A DNA stretch of 64,000 nt from Bacteroidia bacterium (GTDB lineage: Bacteria > Bacteroidota > Bacteroidia > Bacteroidales > VadinHA17), in contig JAPLEB010000105.1 in the NCBI GenBank assembly GCA_026391555.1, forward strand, positions 9,356-73,355, read 5' to 3'. A model generated the notes under the pieces. That model searched no databases. It saw only the letters and a list, made by a program, of their open reading frames with translations, and was not told the DNA's origin. Made by a program: the position numbers and the translations under genes. Positions 17,498 to 25,785 of the stretch are shown one piece after another. Within the stretch, counting starts at the first letter, position 1, and every line of letters begins with the position of its first letter.

Positions 17498-18221
17498 TCA
17501 TGTTAAAAAGTTCTTATCAATGTAGTTTTGAAACTTACTTTTATACTGATCGCTAACCGGAATATAAACTTTCCCGTCGAAAATAATCCGGTTCCTTTCT
17601 ATAACCGAAATCTTAGAAAGGTTAACTATATAAGATCTATGATCTATGCACTCTCATGAACCTGTCAGATGGTAATATCTCCTCAACAGACTTCATGCTT
17701 AACAGCGTCATTACCGGCTTAGCGCTGGTAAGGTGAATTCTGATATACTCACTCATTCCCTCAATATACTTTATATCGTCAAAGTTGATTCTGAGTAATT
17801 TATAATCAGATTTGATAAATAGAAAATCTTTATTGCTCCTGACTTCATCTGACTTTTGATGATGCGAATCAAACCATGTTTTAACCTTATTGGCTGACTT
17901 TAAGAAATCAACATAGCTGATGGGTTTAAGCAGGTAGTCGATGGCATCAACCCTGAAACCTTCTAATGCATATTCGCTGTAAGCCGTGACAAATACTATC
18001 TTAGGAGGATTTTCAAGAGTTTTAACGAAATCCATTCCGTTAAGATCGGGCATATTTATATCAACATACATGAGGTCAACCGGGATATTTTCTAAAATCT
18101 CAATTGCCTGAAAGGCGCTTTCACACTGCCCAACCAACTCCAGAAAAGGTGTTTTCTTAACGTAATCAGCTATTTGCCTCAAAGCCAAAGGTTCGTCATC
18201 TATTGCTATGCATCTGATCAT
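17498..18221 (-). pseudogene. LytTR-family response regulator disrupted by a 7-bp tandem duplication (gatctat gatctat at 17634-17647)
   Basis: The track ORF stops after FMRVHRS. Removing one 7-bp copy restores FMRVHRSYIVNLSKISVIERNRIIFDGKVYIPVSDQYKSKFQNYIDKNFLT* (238 aa), collinear with the intact paralog at 19732..20448. Confidence 0.85.
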
Positions 18222-18388
18222 AATGGAATCGATAGGGTTTCACTACGTTTATAAGATAAAGAACCGGCAGTCTTTATTTCTGCGGAAAAGCAGAAACAAA
18301 TATAAAAAATTATTTCTGACCGACTAAAAGTATGAGATTCTTCGCTTCGCTCAGAATGACAAGCGTTTAGTGAGTTAGAGAGTCGAGG

Positions 18389-18421
18389 GGGGTGGTTGGA
18401 GGCACAGCCTCCAACCACCCC
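18389..18421. repeat. GC-rich perfect hairpin (14-15-bp stem) within a GC-rich intergenic island
   Basis: ggggtggttggagg-cacag-cctccaaccacccc, preceded by gattcttcgcttcgctcagaatgacaag. This island explains the spurious 66-aa track ORF 18218..18418. Confidence 0.75.
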
Positions 18422-18485
18422 AGATGATATGCTATGGAAGAAATAATTACTTATTGCTGACAGACAAATTCAGCTGTTGATAAAA

Positions 18486-19553
18486 TTAATTTCTCTGATA
18501 ATAAATATCGTAGGCAATCCAGTCGACAACATAAGCTGCAAAGTAAACCGAATGTAAAGAATCAAACAGGGTTTTTATGTTCTCAATTGAGTTACCAATT
18601 AAAGCAGAAACTGTTGAAGTCGTTCCATCTTCAAAAGTTATCTGGATATCTCGTTTTTTACAAACTGATGCTTCCGGGTCAGCTACCTTATCAACGATTG
18701 CAACTACAGCATCTGGTTGCAATAAACCATTTACGTATACTTCAACTGCTTTCGTGCCTGATTTTCTGATGATTTGTACATCACCGATGGTAAGAATGTA
18801 CTGGTGCTCGCGACCAAACCTGCCGGTGTCAATCTTTACAGTGAGTAATTTTTCTTCATATAATACCTTATTATCACCCGTAATTGTGAAGCTTGAAACA
18901 GTTGTATCGCCTGACTCATATTTATAATCTGCGGTATAGCTGCTGCTGAATGCATATTGAGAAGCATATTTGATACCCAGGGTCGGACTAACAAAATAAT
19001 TTATATTTAAGTTGCCAGCAAGAACATTATCCACACTGATCTCTGATGCCAGGATATAGTCAAAATCGTGATAACTGTTATAATTATTATGATAACCAGA
19101 TACAGCAATTGAAAAATTATTTGTCAGCAAAGAATCTGATGGTACATATTCTCTTAAATATCTTGGGTTCACAACTTTTTTTAATGGCATACGAACAATC
19201 ATCTTGCTGTTATCGGAAGCCTTATTGAAATACCTGATTAATGATAGTCCCCATCTGTCTGTTTTAGGTACAGGTTTATAATCATATACTCCTTTAACTG
19301 TATCAAGAGTAATATATACCCTATAATTTGAATCTGTAGTACTGGCAGACTTTTGAGTTCCGTCAGTTACAGTTAGAATACTATAAGCTTTGGAGGAGGA
19401 AATAGCATCCATAGCTGTATTTAAATTCAGAGCGCTCTGATTAATCGCTGATTTCAGAGAAAGGCTATTTACAATACCATCATTCTTTGCGCAACTCCAT
19501 AATAGTGCACTTAAGAAAGCAGTAACTAAAATGATTCGACCTTGATTTTTCAT
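18486..19553 (-). CDS. Hypothetical lipoprotein
   Basis: Signal/lipobox MKNQGRIILVTAFLSALLWSCAKNDG. Beta-rich S/T/N/Y composition; no motif recognised. Confidence 0.6.
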   Translation of the reverse strand: MKNQGRIILVTAFLSALLWSCAKNDGIVNSLSLKSAINQSALNLNTAMDAISSSKAYSILTVTDGTQKSASTTDSNYRVYITLDTVKGVYDYKPVPKTDRWGLSLIRYFNKASDNSKMIVRMPLKKVVNPRYLREYVPSDSLLTNNFSIAVSGYHNNYNSYHDFDYILASEISVDNVLAGNLNINYFVSPTLGIKYASQYAFSSSYTADYKYESGDTTVSSFTITGDNKVLYEEKLLTVKIDTGRFGREHQYILTIGDVQIIRKSGTKAVEVYVNGLLQPDAVVAIVDKVADPEASVCKKRDIQITFEDGTTSTVSALIGNSIENIKTLFDSLHSVYFAAYVVDWIAYDIYYQRN

Positions 19554-19731
19554 AACTAATAATTTTTAATTATTTCCATTAAATTTTTAAACATTACACT
19601 GTCAAAAGTACATCTGATACAAAGTAATAAAAAATATTTTCAACGAACACCTGTAACTATTCACCGAAACGCCATTTTTTATCTTCAAAATGATATTCAG
19701 ATGGATAAATAATAAGGAAGAACCTGGAGGT

Positions 19732-20448
19732 TTATCCCAAGGAATGCGAATGGATGTATTTTTGAAATATTTCTTTATATTGTTCACTTACAGGGATATA
19801 TACTTTACCCTCAAAAATTATCCTTGAATGGTCAATTGTGGTGATTTTCTCAAGGTTGACAATATATGAACGGTGTACTCTCATGAATTTATCTGAAGGT
19901 AGTTGTTCTTCAAGAACACGCAAACTTATAAGTGGCAAAAGAGATTTACCGTTTAGAAGATGAATGCGCACATATTCACGCATCCCTTCAATATAAATAA
20001 TGTCTTCCAGGCTGATACGGACCATTTTATACCCCGATTTTACAAACAAATATTCCCTGTCGCCCCCCTTTTTTGTTGCCTGTGGAAGAACATTTTCAAA
20101 ATAATTTCTGGCTTTATTAGCTGACTTTAAGAAATCACCATAACCGATTGGCTTAAGCAGGTAGTCGATGGCATCAACCCTGAAACCTTCTAATGCATAT
20201 TCGCTGTAAGCCGTGACAAATACTATCTTAGGAGGATTTTCAAGAGTTTTAACGAAATCCATTCCGTTTAGATCGGGCATATTAATATCAACAAACATCA
20301 GGTCAACCGGGATATTCTTTAAAACATCAATTGCCTTTAAGGCACTTTCACATTGTCCGGACAACTCGAGAAAAGGTGTTTTTTTAATGTAACCAATAAT
20401 CTGCCTCAAAGCAAGCGGCTCGTCATCTATTGCAATGCATCTGATCAT
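19732..20448 (-). CDS. LytTR-family response regulator (REC + LytTR DNA-binding domain)
   Basis: REC: IAIDDEPLAL...DLMFVDINMPDLNG...VFVTAY...LLKP. LytTR: ...IIYIEGMREYVRIHL...FMRVHRSYIVNL.... Its start overlaps the kinase stop by 4 nt. Confidence 0.9.
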   Translation of the reverse strand: MIRCIAIDDEPLALRQIIGYIKKTPFLELSGQCESALKAIDVLKNIPVDLMFVDINMPDLNGMDFVKTLENPPKIVFVTAYSEYALEGFRVDAIDYLLKPIGYGDFLKSANKARNYFENVLPQATKKGGDREYLFVKSGYKMVRISLEDIIYIEGMREYVRIHLLNGKSLLPLISLRVLEEQLPSDKFMRVHRSYIVNLEKITTIDHSRIIFEGKVYIPVSEQYKEIFQKYIHSHSLG

Positions 20449-21551
20449 AATGGTATTGATAGGTTAACAGTAAATAAATCTTTATTGTCGATTATATCAA
20501 GATGGTAATTATTACCGTACAGTAACTTTAAACGTTTTCGGGTGTTTTCAATACCTATCCCGGAAAATTCTTCAATCTGGCTTTTATCGGTTTTACTATT
20601 TTTCACAACCAACAGGAGTCGTTCTTCGCCTATAATAATATCTATATTGATAAACGATTCATCCTTATAACTGATACCATGCTTAAAAGCATTCTCAATT
20701 AATGAAGTAAATATAAACGGAGGTATCGTTTTTTCCGGAATAGTAGCAGGTAAATTAAGGGTAATGCTTACCTTCTCATTAAACCTTAACTTCATCAGGC
20801 TGATATAGCTTTCCAGAAATTCTATCTCTTTTTTTAATGTTGTTTTTTCAGTTTCTGTTTCATACAATAAGTAACGCATCATTTTCGATAGCTTAATTAT
20901 TGCCTCTTTGGCCTCCTCTGCATTAACATCAACCAGTGAATGGATATTATTCAAAGTATTCATCAAGAAATGGGGGCTAACCTGATTACGCAGAAGAACA
21001 AGTTGAGAAGCCACATTTTCTTTTTCAAGTCTTACTTTTTCATTTTCAATATTTATTCCTCTAAGACCTGAACGTAATCCTGTATCAAAGCCCACAAAAA
21101 GTATCGACAGAATCAGAAAGTTTGCAAAGGGAGGTATTGGCCTTGGTTGCCGGGTCTGTGCCGGACGCAAATTTCCAAACTGATCGACTCCCCCGGGAAA
21201 GGCATAAGGAGGTGACTTAATCTGATCCTCCAACGTGGGAACTTCAGGAGGCGGAACATTTTTGAATTTTGTATCGTAAATATAAGAACCTGCTGTGAAT
21301 AGAATTATAAGCCCCAACACTGACGCGATGAAAAAAACCTGCTTCCCCTTGAAAAGTAATCTGGGAACGAGTATGAACCGGTTTATAAGAAACACTACCA
21401 ATAGCGGGATAAGAATTTGCAGTTGCAAAAGTATGCTTCTTCGTATGGGACTGTAAATATCTTCCCTGAAAAGAATGGGAGTGAAAAGGAGAACCAGCCA
21501 AACGAAGATGATAAGAACTAATTCTGAATATTTTATTTTTATATTTTGCAT
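20445..21551 (-). CDS. Sensor histidine kinase of the LytS/YehU type (PF06580 His_kinase + HATPase_c) with an N-terminal TM region
   Basis: Multi-TM N-terminus, then QVSPHFLMNTLNNIHSL (the PHFL.N motif of PF06580) and a C-terminal ATPase block ...PPFIFTSLIENAFKHG...GIGIENTRKRLKLLYG. Confidence 0.85.
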   Translation of the reverse strand: MQNIKIKYSELVLIIFVWLVLLFTPILFREDIYSPIRRSILLQLQILIPLLVVFLINRFILVPRLLFKGKQVFFIASVLGLIILFTAGSYIYDTKFKNVPPPEVPTLEDQIKSPPYAFPGGVDQFGNLRPAQTRQPRPIPPFANFLILSILFVGFDTGLRSGLRGINIENEKVRLEKENVASQLVLLRNQVSPHFLMNTLNNIHSLVDVNAEEAKEAIIKLSKMMRYLLYETETEKTTLKKEIEFLESYISLMKLRFNEKVSITLNLPATIPEKTIPPFIFTSLIENAFKHGISYKDESFINIDIIIGEERLLLVVKNSKTDKSQIEEFSGIGIENTRKRLKLLYGNNYHLDIIDNKDLFTVNLSIPL

Positions 21552-21575
21552 TTCTTCTATTTAAAAAAATTAAAT

Positions 21576-21669
21576 GCGGAGAACCGCTGAGTTTTTCGCT
21601 GAGAACCGCAGAGTTAATCAATTAAATACTTTGCGTTTCTTTGCGATAGCTCTGCGTACCTCTGCGGTT
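21576..21669. repeat. Intergenic repeat island with direct GAGAACCGC(T/A)GAG repeats and a 10-bp inverted repeat aaccgcagag / ctctgcggtt
   Basis: gcggagaaccgctgag...cgctgagaaccgcagag...ctctgcgtacctctgcggtt. The inverted-repeat arms are at 21604-21613 and 21660-21669. It lies between the TPR-gene stop and the kinase start. Confidence 0.55.
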
Positions 21670-21686
21670 AAAAACAACTACTTTCA

Positions 21687-22298
21687 TTACTTTATCAGAC
21701 TAAGCCCCTCTTTTGCACTGGCATCCCCGGGGGAGTAAAGTAAAGCCTTATTAAAAAGAATTTTTGCTTCACGGGTTTTCCCTAACCTAAAGTTAGACCA
21801 TGCCAGCATAAGCACACTCTGATAATCGAAGGGATACAGGTTAACAACCTTTTCGAACTGCTGATATGCCAGCTTGTAATCCTTCTTATCGTATGAGATA
21901 AGTCCCATACGGTAAAGAGCTACCGTGTTGTTGGGATCAATAGTAAGTATTTTATTATACTGTTCTATAACTATATCCCAGTTACCAAGAGAAGAGGCAG
22001 GTAAAACTGCTCCAAGTCGGGGTTCAATAGCATAAGGCATCAAATCTATAGCCTTATTATAGTAGCCCAACGATTCGGAGAACTGCCCCTGAAGGTAGGT
22101 TAGCCATCCCAACCGGAGGTTAATCTCATAAGAATTAGCATCATAATATGCCTTAAGTGATGCTGAAGCATCGGCATACTTCTCCAGTTTTTCCTTCGCG
22201 TAACTATCGCTGAATGCTGCAGTTAGCTTCGTATAGTCCTGCGCTTTTGATAATAAAACCGTAAAAATAAAAATTGTAATTAATGTAATTCTTTTCAT
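21687..22298 (-). CDS. Secreted TPR-repeat protein
   Basis: Signal peptide MKRITLITIFIFTVLLSKAQ followed by TPR-like A..Y...G....A...Y.KAL..(D)P repeats throughout. Confidence 0.75.
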   Translation of the reverse strand: MKRITLITIFIFTVLLSKAQDYTKLTAAFSDSYAKEKLEKYADASASLKAYYDANSYEINLRLGWLTYLQGQFSESLGYYNKAIDLMPYAIEPRLGAVLPASSLGNWDIVIEQYNKILTIDPNNTVALYRMGLISYDKKDYKLAYQQFEKVVNLYPFDYQSVLMLAWSNFRLGKTREAKILFNKALLYSPGDASAKEGLSLIK

Positions 22299-22300
22299 GA

Positions 22301-23548
22301 TTATTTGATTTTGCAGGTTAATTTAAATGCGACTCCAAATGAATTAATATTCAGTTTATTAGTTCTTAAATAGGAATTGAGATTCCATGAGTAAATTTGA
22401 TTTTTACAATAGTATGGCGATATTGTAATGCTGAATTTTTTGTCAGGCAAAAGGATAATATTGCTGTAAATAGTTGTTTCCGGTATCTGGAATGAATTAT
22501 TTATCATATATCCCTGATTTCTTGCATATAGAAATGAGTTACCTTTAATTATGCCTGATTCCAGCCAGATCGACTTAGAAATCTTAAATCCTATCTCCTG
22601 ATTAATCTGATAAGTTCCCCCCCAGTACTTATCGCTCTGATACATTCCGCCTGATGTAAAATACAGATTTAGGTTCGCGAATGGCAGGTATGTTAAATAT
22701 CCTTCACCCCTTATCTGGTTTGAATTACTGAAATTGCTAAACGATAAGTTTGCTCCGGTTCGTATCTTCCACCCGTTTTTCGCAATTCCCAAACCACCCA
22801 GGTATTCGATGTTTGTTTGTGTCTGAGTAGTAACATAAGGATAAAATGCAACATGACCAAACCCGGAAAACTCCCAACCAGGGAAAATATAACCATTAAG
22901 TTTGGCATACAGCTGATGTTGGGTGAAGTTAAGACCTATTCCTGAAGTATCTGAAACAGAGTAAACTGTTCCTGTTTTGTGATAGTTTGTATAGGCAAAA
23001 GTTCCCTTGAATCTGGCTGAAAAATAACTTTCAAAACCGGCATTGAAACTTAAACTGCTTTTTACTGCTTCGTAGTATAAGTTATTGGTTTTATAAAGAG
23101 TTACATCGGAGCCCGAAGCAGAGGAACCTGCATAAACAGATGATAACCCTGGTTTGCCTATTGATTTAAGAATATTGTTTTTTTTGTACTTTGGTACAGA
23201 TTCAAGGTATAGATAAGCATCGGCTTTTCTTCCTGAAAAAAGATAGCTAAAGTAAATATACTCTCTTGAAATTGTATCTATTGAATTAAATTCCATTGCT
23301 CGTGTAAAATTTTTCAAAATACTGGAATAGAGTTGTTTATTATATGCAAGTATTCCCAGTCGCATACGCAGGTAATAGTAATCCATTCCGTGAGACAGCA
23401 TCGTGTCTGCTGTATTTTTCAGGTTCTTATAATCACCCTTTATGTAGTAATTATATGTTTGCTGATCGAGTGTCTTAAAATCGCTTTGAGCAGACAAATT
23501 TACTGAAAAGACCAGCAGAAGGGCTGTTATATTTAATAAGATTCGCAT
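22301..23548 (-). CDS. Secreted protein with an N-terminal TPR-like region and a putative outer-membrane beta-barrel
   Basis: Signal peptide MRILLNITALLLVFSVNLSAQ. The C-terminal ~280 aa has alternating aromatic/polar beta-strand patterning (FESYFSARFKGTFAYTNY, GWEFSGFGHVAFYPY, LNLYFTSGGMYQS). The barrel call is inference only. Confidence 0.45.
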   Translation of the reverse strand: MRILLNITALLLVFSVNLSAQSDFKTLDQQTYNYYIKGDYKNLKNTADTMLSHGMDYYYLRMRLGILAYNKQLYSSILKNFTRAMEFNSIDTISREYIYFSYLFSGRKADAYLYLESVPKYKKNNILKSIGKPGLSSVYAGSSASGSDVTLYKTNNLYYEAVKSSLSFNAGFESYFSARFKGTFAYTNYHKTGTVYSVSDTSGIGLNFTQHQLYAKLNGYIFPGWEFSGFGHVAFYPYVTTQTQTNIEYLGGLGIAKNGWKIRTGANLSFSNFSNSNQIRGEGYLTYLPFANLNLYFTSGGMYQSDKYWGGTYQINQEIGFKISKSIWLESGIIKGNSFLYARNQGYMINNSFQIPETTIYSNIILLPDKKFSITISPYYCKNQIYSWNLNSYLRTNKLNINSFGVAFKLTCKIK

Positions 23549-25710
23549 GTGGCTTCTAAATTCAAACTTTCATTTTCAAATTTCAAACTATTGTCGCTGT
23601 TCACCACGAGTTTAAATTCCCTGGCCCAAACCTGCCGGCTGAAAGAGTAGCCGGTAAGTTTTGTATAATACTCAAAGCTATCCACATCAAACTCTGATCC
23701 TATCATTTTCATCCTGACACTTGAATCTGATTTTAAGTACATGAAAAAGGGTGCTGTAATATCGTGCAGAAAGAGCCTCCATCCGGCAAATGTACGGTTT
23801 ACAGGTAAAGAATCTGTTGAGACATAACCATCAATATATAAAAGAGGAACTCTGAACGCCGCCAGATAAAAATAGTACAGCAACGATTTCCGGTCTCCGT
23901 CAAAATGGGTGAAACAGAAGTGAACACCATCGTACCGGAAGTTGGCAATTGATTTTGTATCATGACAGAATATATAGGATCTGTTATAAATATTGGTAAA
24001 GACCTCCCAGGTAATTTTATCTGTACCTTTTGAAGTTTTGACGTTCCAGTTCAGTTTTGTGCCAGGCATCAGATTGAACGTTATTTTAAGAATCAAATTT
24101 TCTTCAATGGGTTTCACACTCTGTCCTTTGGATGGATAGCTGAACGTTCTGAGTTCTTTCCCATTTTCTAAATACGCAAAAAGCGGGTATTTTAATGTTT
24201 TTGAACCAATATAAGGTGTTGTTTGAAGCTGAAAATGAAGGTGTGGGTATGGGGAGCGTCCGGAATTTCCAACCTTTGCTATGACCTGGCCATAATGGAC
24301 ATTATCGCCTGTTTTCACTGAAACCGATCCTTTCTGAAGATGACTAAGTTTTGAGTATAATCCTTCGGCATGTTTGATTATCACAGTATTTCCCCAGTTT
24401 TTAAATGTGTTAACATCTCCAATCTTATTATCGTCGATTCCATCCTCGGAAACAACTACTGATCCATCGGCTGGTGCAACTACATTCTGACCAAAACAGT
24501 AATAGTCCTTCAGGTTGTTTCCATTATCGTTATATTGAGCCAAATCTCTGTTGATAATTACAAAATCCCAGGCATTGGACCACTCGCCTTTGTGAGTGTA
24601 CTCACCGTTATGGCCCTGGCTGACATGCCACTCTCCAAAGAAAGGAAGTTTAATCTGCAACCAGCCAAAGTTCGGGAAACGTTTTGTAAAACTCTGGTAA
24701 GAGTATAGATTGCGCTCCGGTGTGCCCTCCTGAATTTGCACTTCCTTAAACTGACTCTGCACCGTTCTAAACCTTAACGAGTATATGAAAGTCAATATTA
24801 TTATGTTAAAAGGAAGCGATAGCAAAGTCAGATTAAAAGGTTTAAGCAAAACAAACAGACCTGCCGAAACTAAGGCTATAATAGGTGTAATGGCAAATGC
24901 CCAGAAGAACGACTGTTTAGATGGAATATAGAAATACCCGCCGATAGCAATGGCTCCTAAAATGAAATTAAATCCAATATAGTTATAACCCAACCGGGTC
25001 AGGTCCATACCAAAAAAGGAGTAAGCCAGCCAGGCAACGCTAAAACCCAGCAACGAAAGCATAAAAGCGATCCTGGAATAGAAAATCAATGCGACTGCTA
25101 CAACAAATCCCGCGAAAACATTAAACTGAAAGAATATTGCACCCAGGGAAAGAAAGTAGCTGTTTACAAAGTTGGATGTAATCTTCCCAACTAACCATTG
25201 ATGCAGATTTACAAGAGGATGTCCGCCAATAATAAAGAGTTTATTGAGAACATAAACCCCGCTTTGATTATCTTCCGTTCCGCTTAGCATCCCTCCGGCG
25301 CTTAAGACAATCCAGATACTTATAACGAATGGAATCGAGAGATATGGAAGGTAGTATTTGCCTAAAATACCCTGGAAAGTAATTGTGATTAAAAGGGTTA
25401 AAAACCCTGATAATATTGCTATTACAACGATTACAAAGGTTAATTCATAATAGTACCCTAACCCAAGTCCCACCAGAAGACTATTGAAACCGTAAAACCC
25501 TTTCGTTGTAGGTAATTTATCAAACTTCAATAACGAAGCAGTGATGTTTGCGGTCAGTACTGAAAGCAACCCGGCAAAACCGGCAGAAATATCGAGGAAG
25601 GAAACTATAACCAGGGGAATGGCAAACCAATAGCTCTCCGAGAAGAATATCTGGGAGTAGCTTCTTAATACTCCCTGGAAGAAAGTGGATATTGTGGCGT
25701 TTTTTAACAT
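23533..25710 (-). CDS. Fusion protein: urea-transporter (UT)-fold polytopic membrane domain + M23 metallopeptidase domain + ~200-aa C-terminal domain of unknown function
   Basis: N-terminal LRSYSQIFF...GFYGFNSLLVGLGLG and about 10 TM segments (UT-family-like). The central part carries M23 motifs: HKGEWSNAWDF (HxxxD region) and GNSGRSPYPHLHFQLQ (HxH). Confidence 0.75.
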   Translation of the reverse strand: MLKNATISTFFQGVLRSYSQIFFSESYWFAIPLVIVSFLDISAGFAGLLSVLTANITASLLKFDKLPTTKGFYGFNSLLVGLGLGYYYELTFVIVVIAILSGFLTLLITITFQGILGKYYLPYLSIPFVISIWIVLSAGGMLSGTEDNQSGVYVLNKLFIIGGHPLVNLHQWLVGKITSNFVNSYFLSLGAIFFQFNVFAGFVVAVALIFYSRIAFMLSLLGFSVAWLAYSFFGMDLTRLGYNYIGFNFILGAIAIGGYFYIPSKQSFFWAFAITPIIALVSAGLFVLLKPFNLTLLSLPFNIIILTFIYSLRFRTVQSQFKEVQIQEGTPERNLYSYQSFTKRFPNFGWLQIKLPFFGEWHVSQGHNGEYTHKGEWSNAWDFVIINRDLAQYNDNGNNLKDYYCFGQNVVAPADGSVVVSEDGIDDNKIGDVNTFKNWGNTVIIKHAEGLYSKLSHLQKGSVSVKTGDNVHYGQVIAKVGNSGRSPYPHLHFQLQTTPYIGSKTLKYPLFAYLENGKELRTFSYPSKGQSVKPIEENLILKITFNLMPGTKLNWNVKTSKGTDKITWEVFTNIYNRSYIFCHDTKSIANFRYDGVHFCFTHFDGDRKSLLYYFYLAAFRVPLLYIDGYVSTDSLPVNRTFAGWRLFLHDITAPFFMYLKSDSSVRMKMIGSEFDVDSFEYYTKLTGYSFSRQVWAREFKLVVNSDNSLKFENESLNLEATCESY

Positions 25711-25722
25711 TAATTGGGGGAT

Positions 25723-25785
25723 GTTTCGTGTTTCGTGTTTCGGGTTTCGATTTGACTTTTATCTTTTTACATTTGTCTTTTGTCT
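25723..25785. repeat. Nine-unit heptamer-periodic tract filling an intercistronic gap
   Basis: gtttcgt gtttcgt gtttcgg gtttcga tttgact tttatct ttttaca tttgtct tttgtct, read in phase. It lies between the decarboxylase stop (25786) and the UT/M23 start (25710). Confidence 0.9.

Noticed and set aside
18218-18418. 66-aa minus-strand ORF (…CHSERSEESHTFSRSE…)
   Set aside because: It is a translation of the GC-rich repeat/hairpin island, with no coding-like composition outside the repeat.
21244-21621. 125-aa minus-strand ORF overlapping the kinase N-terminus and the repeat island
   Set aside because: It is out of frame with the well-supported histidine-kinase ORF and begins inside the intergenic repeat. 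It is a shadow ORF.
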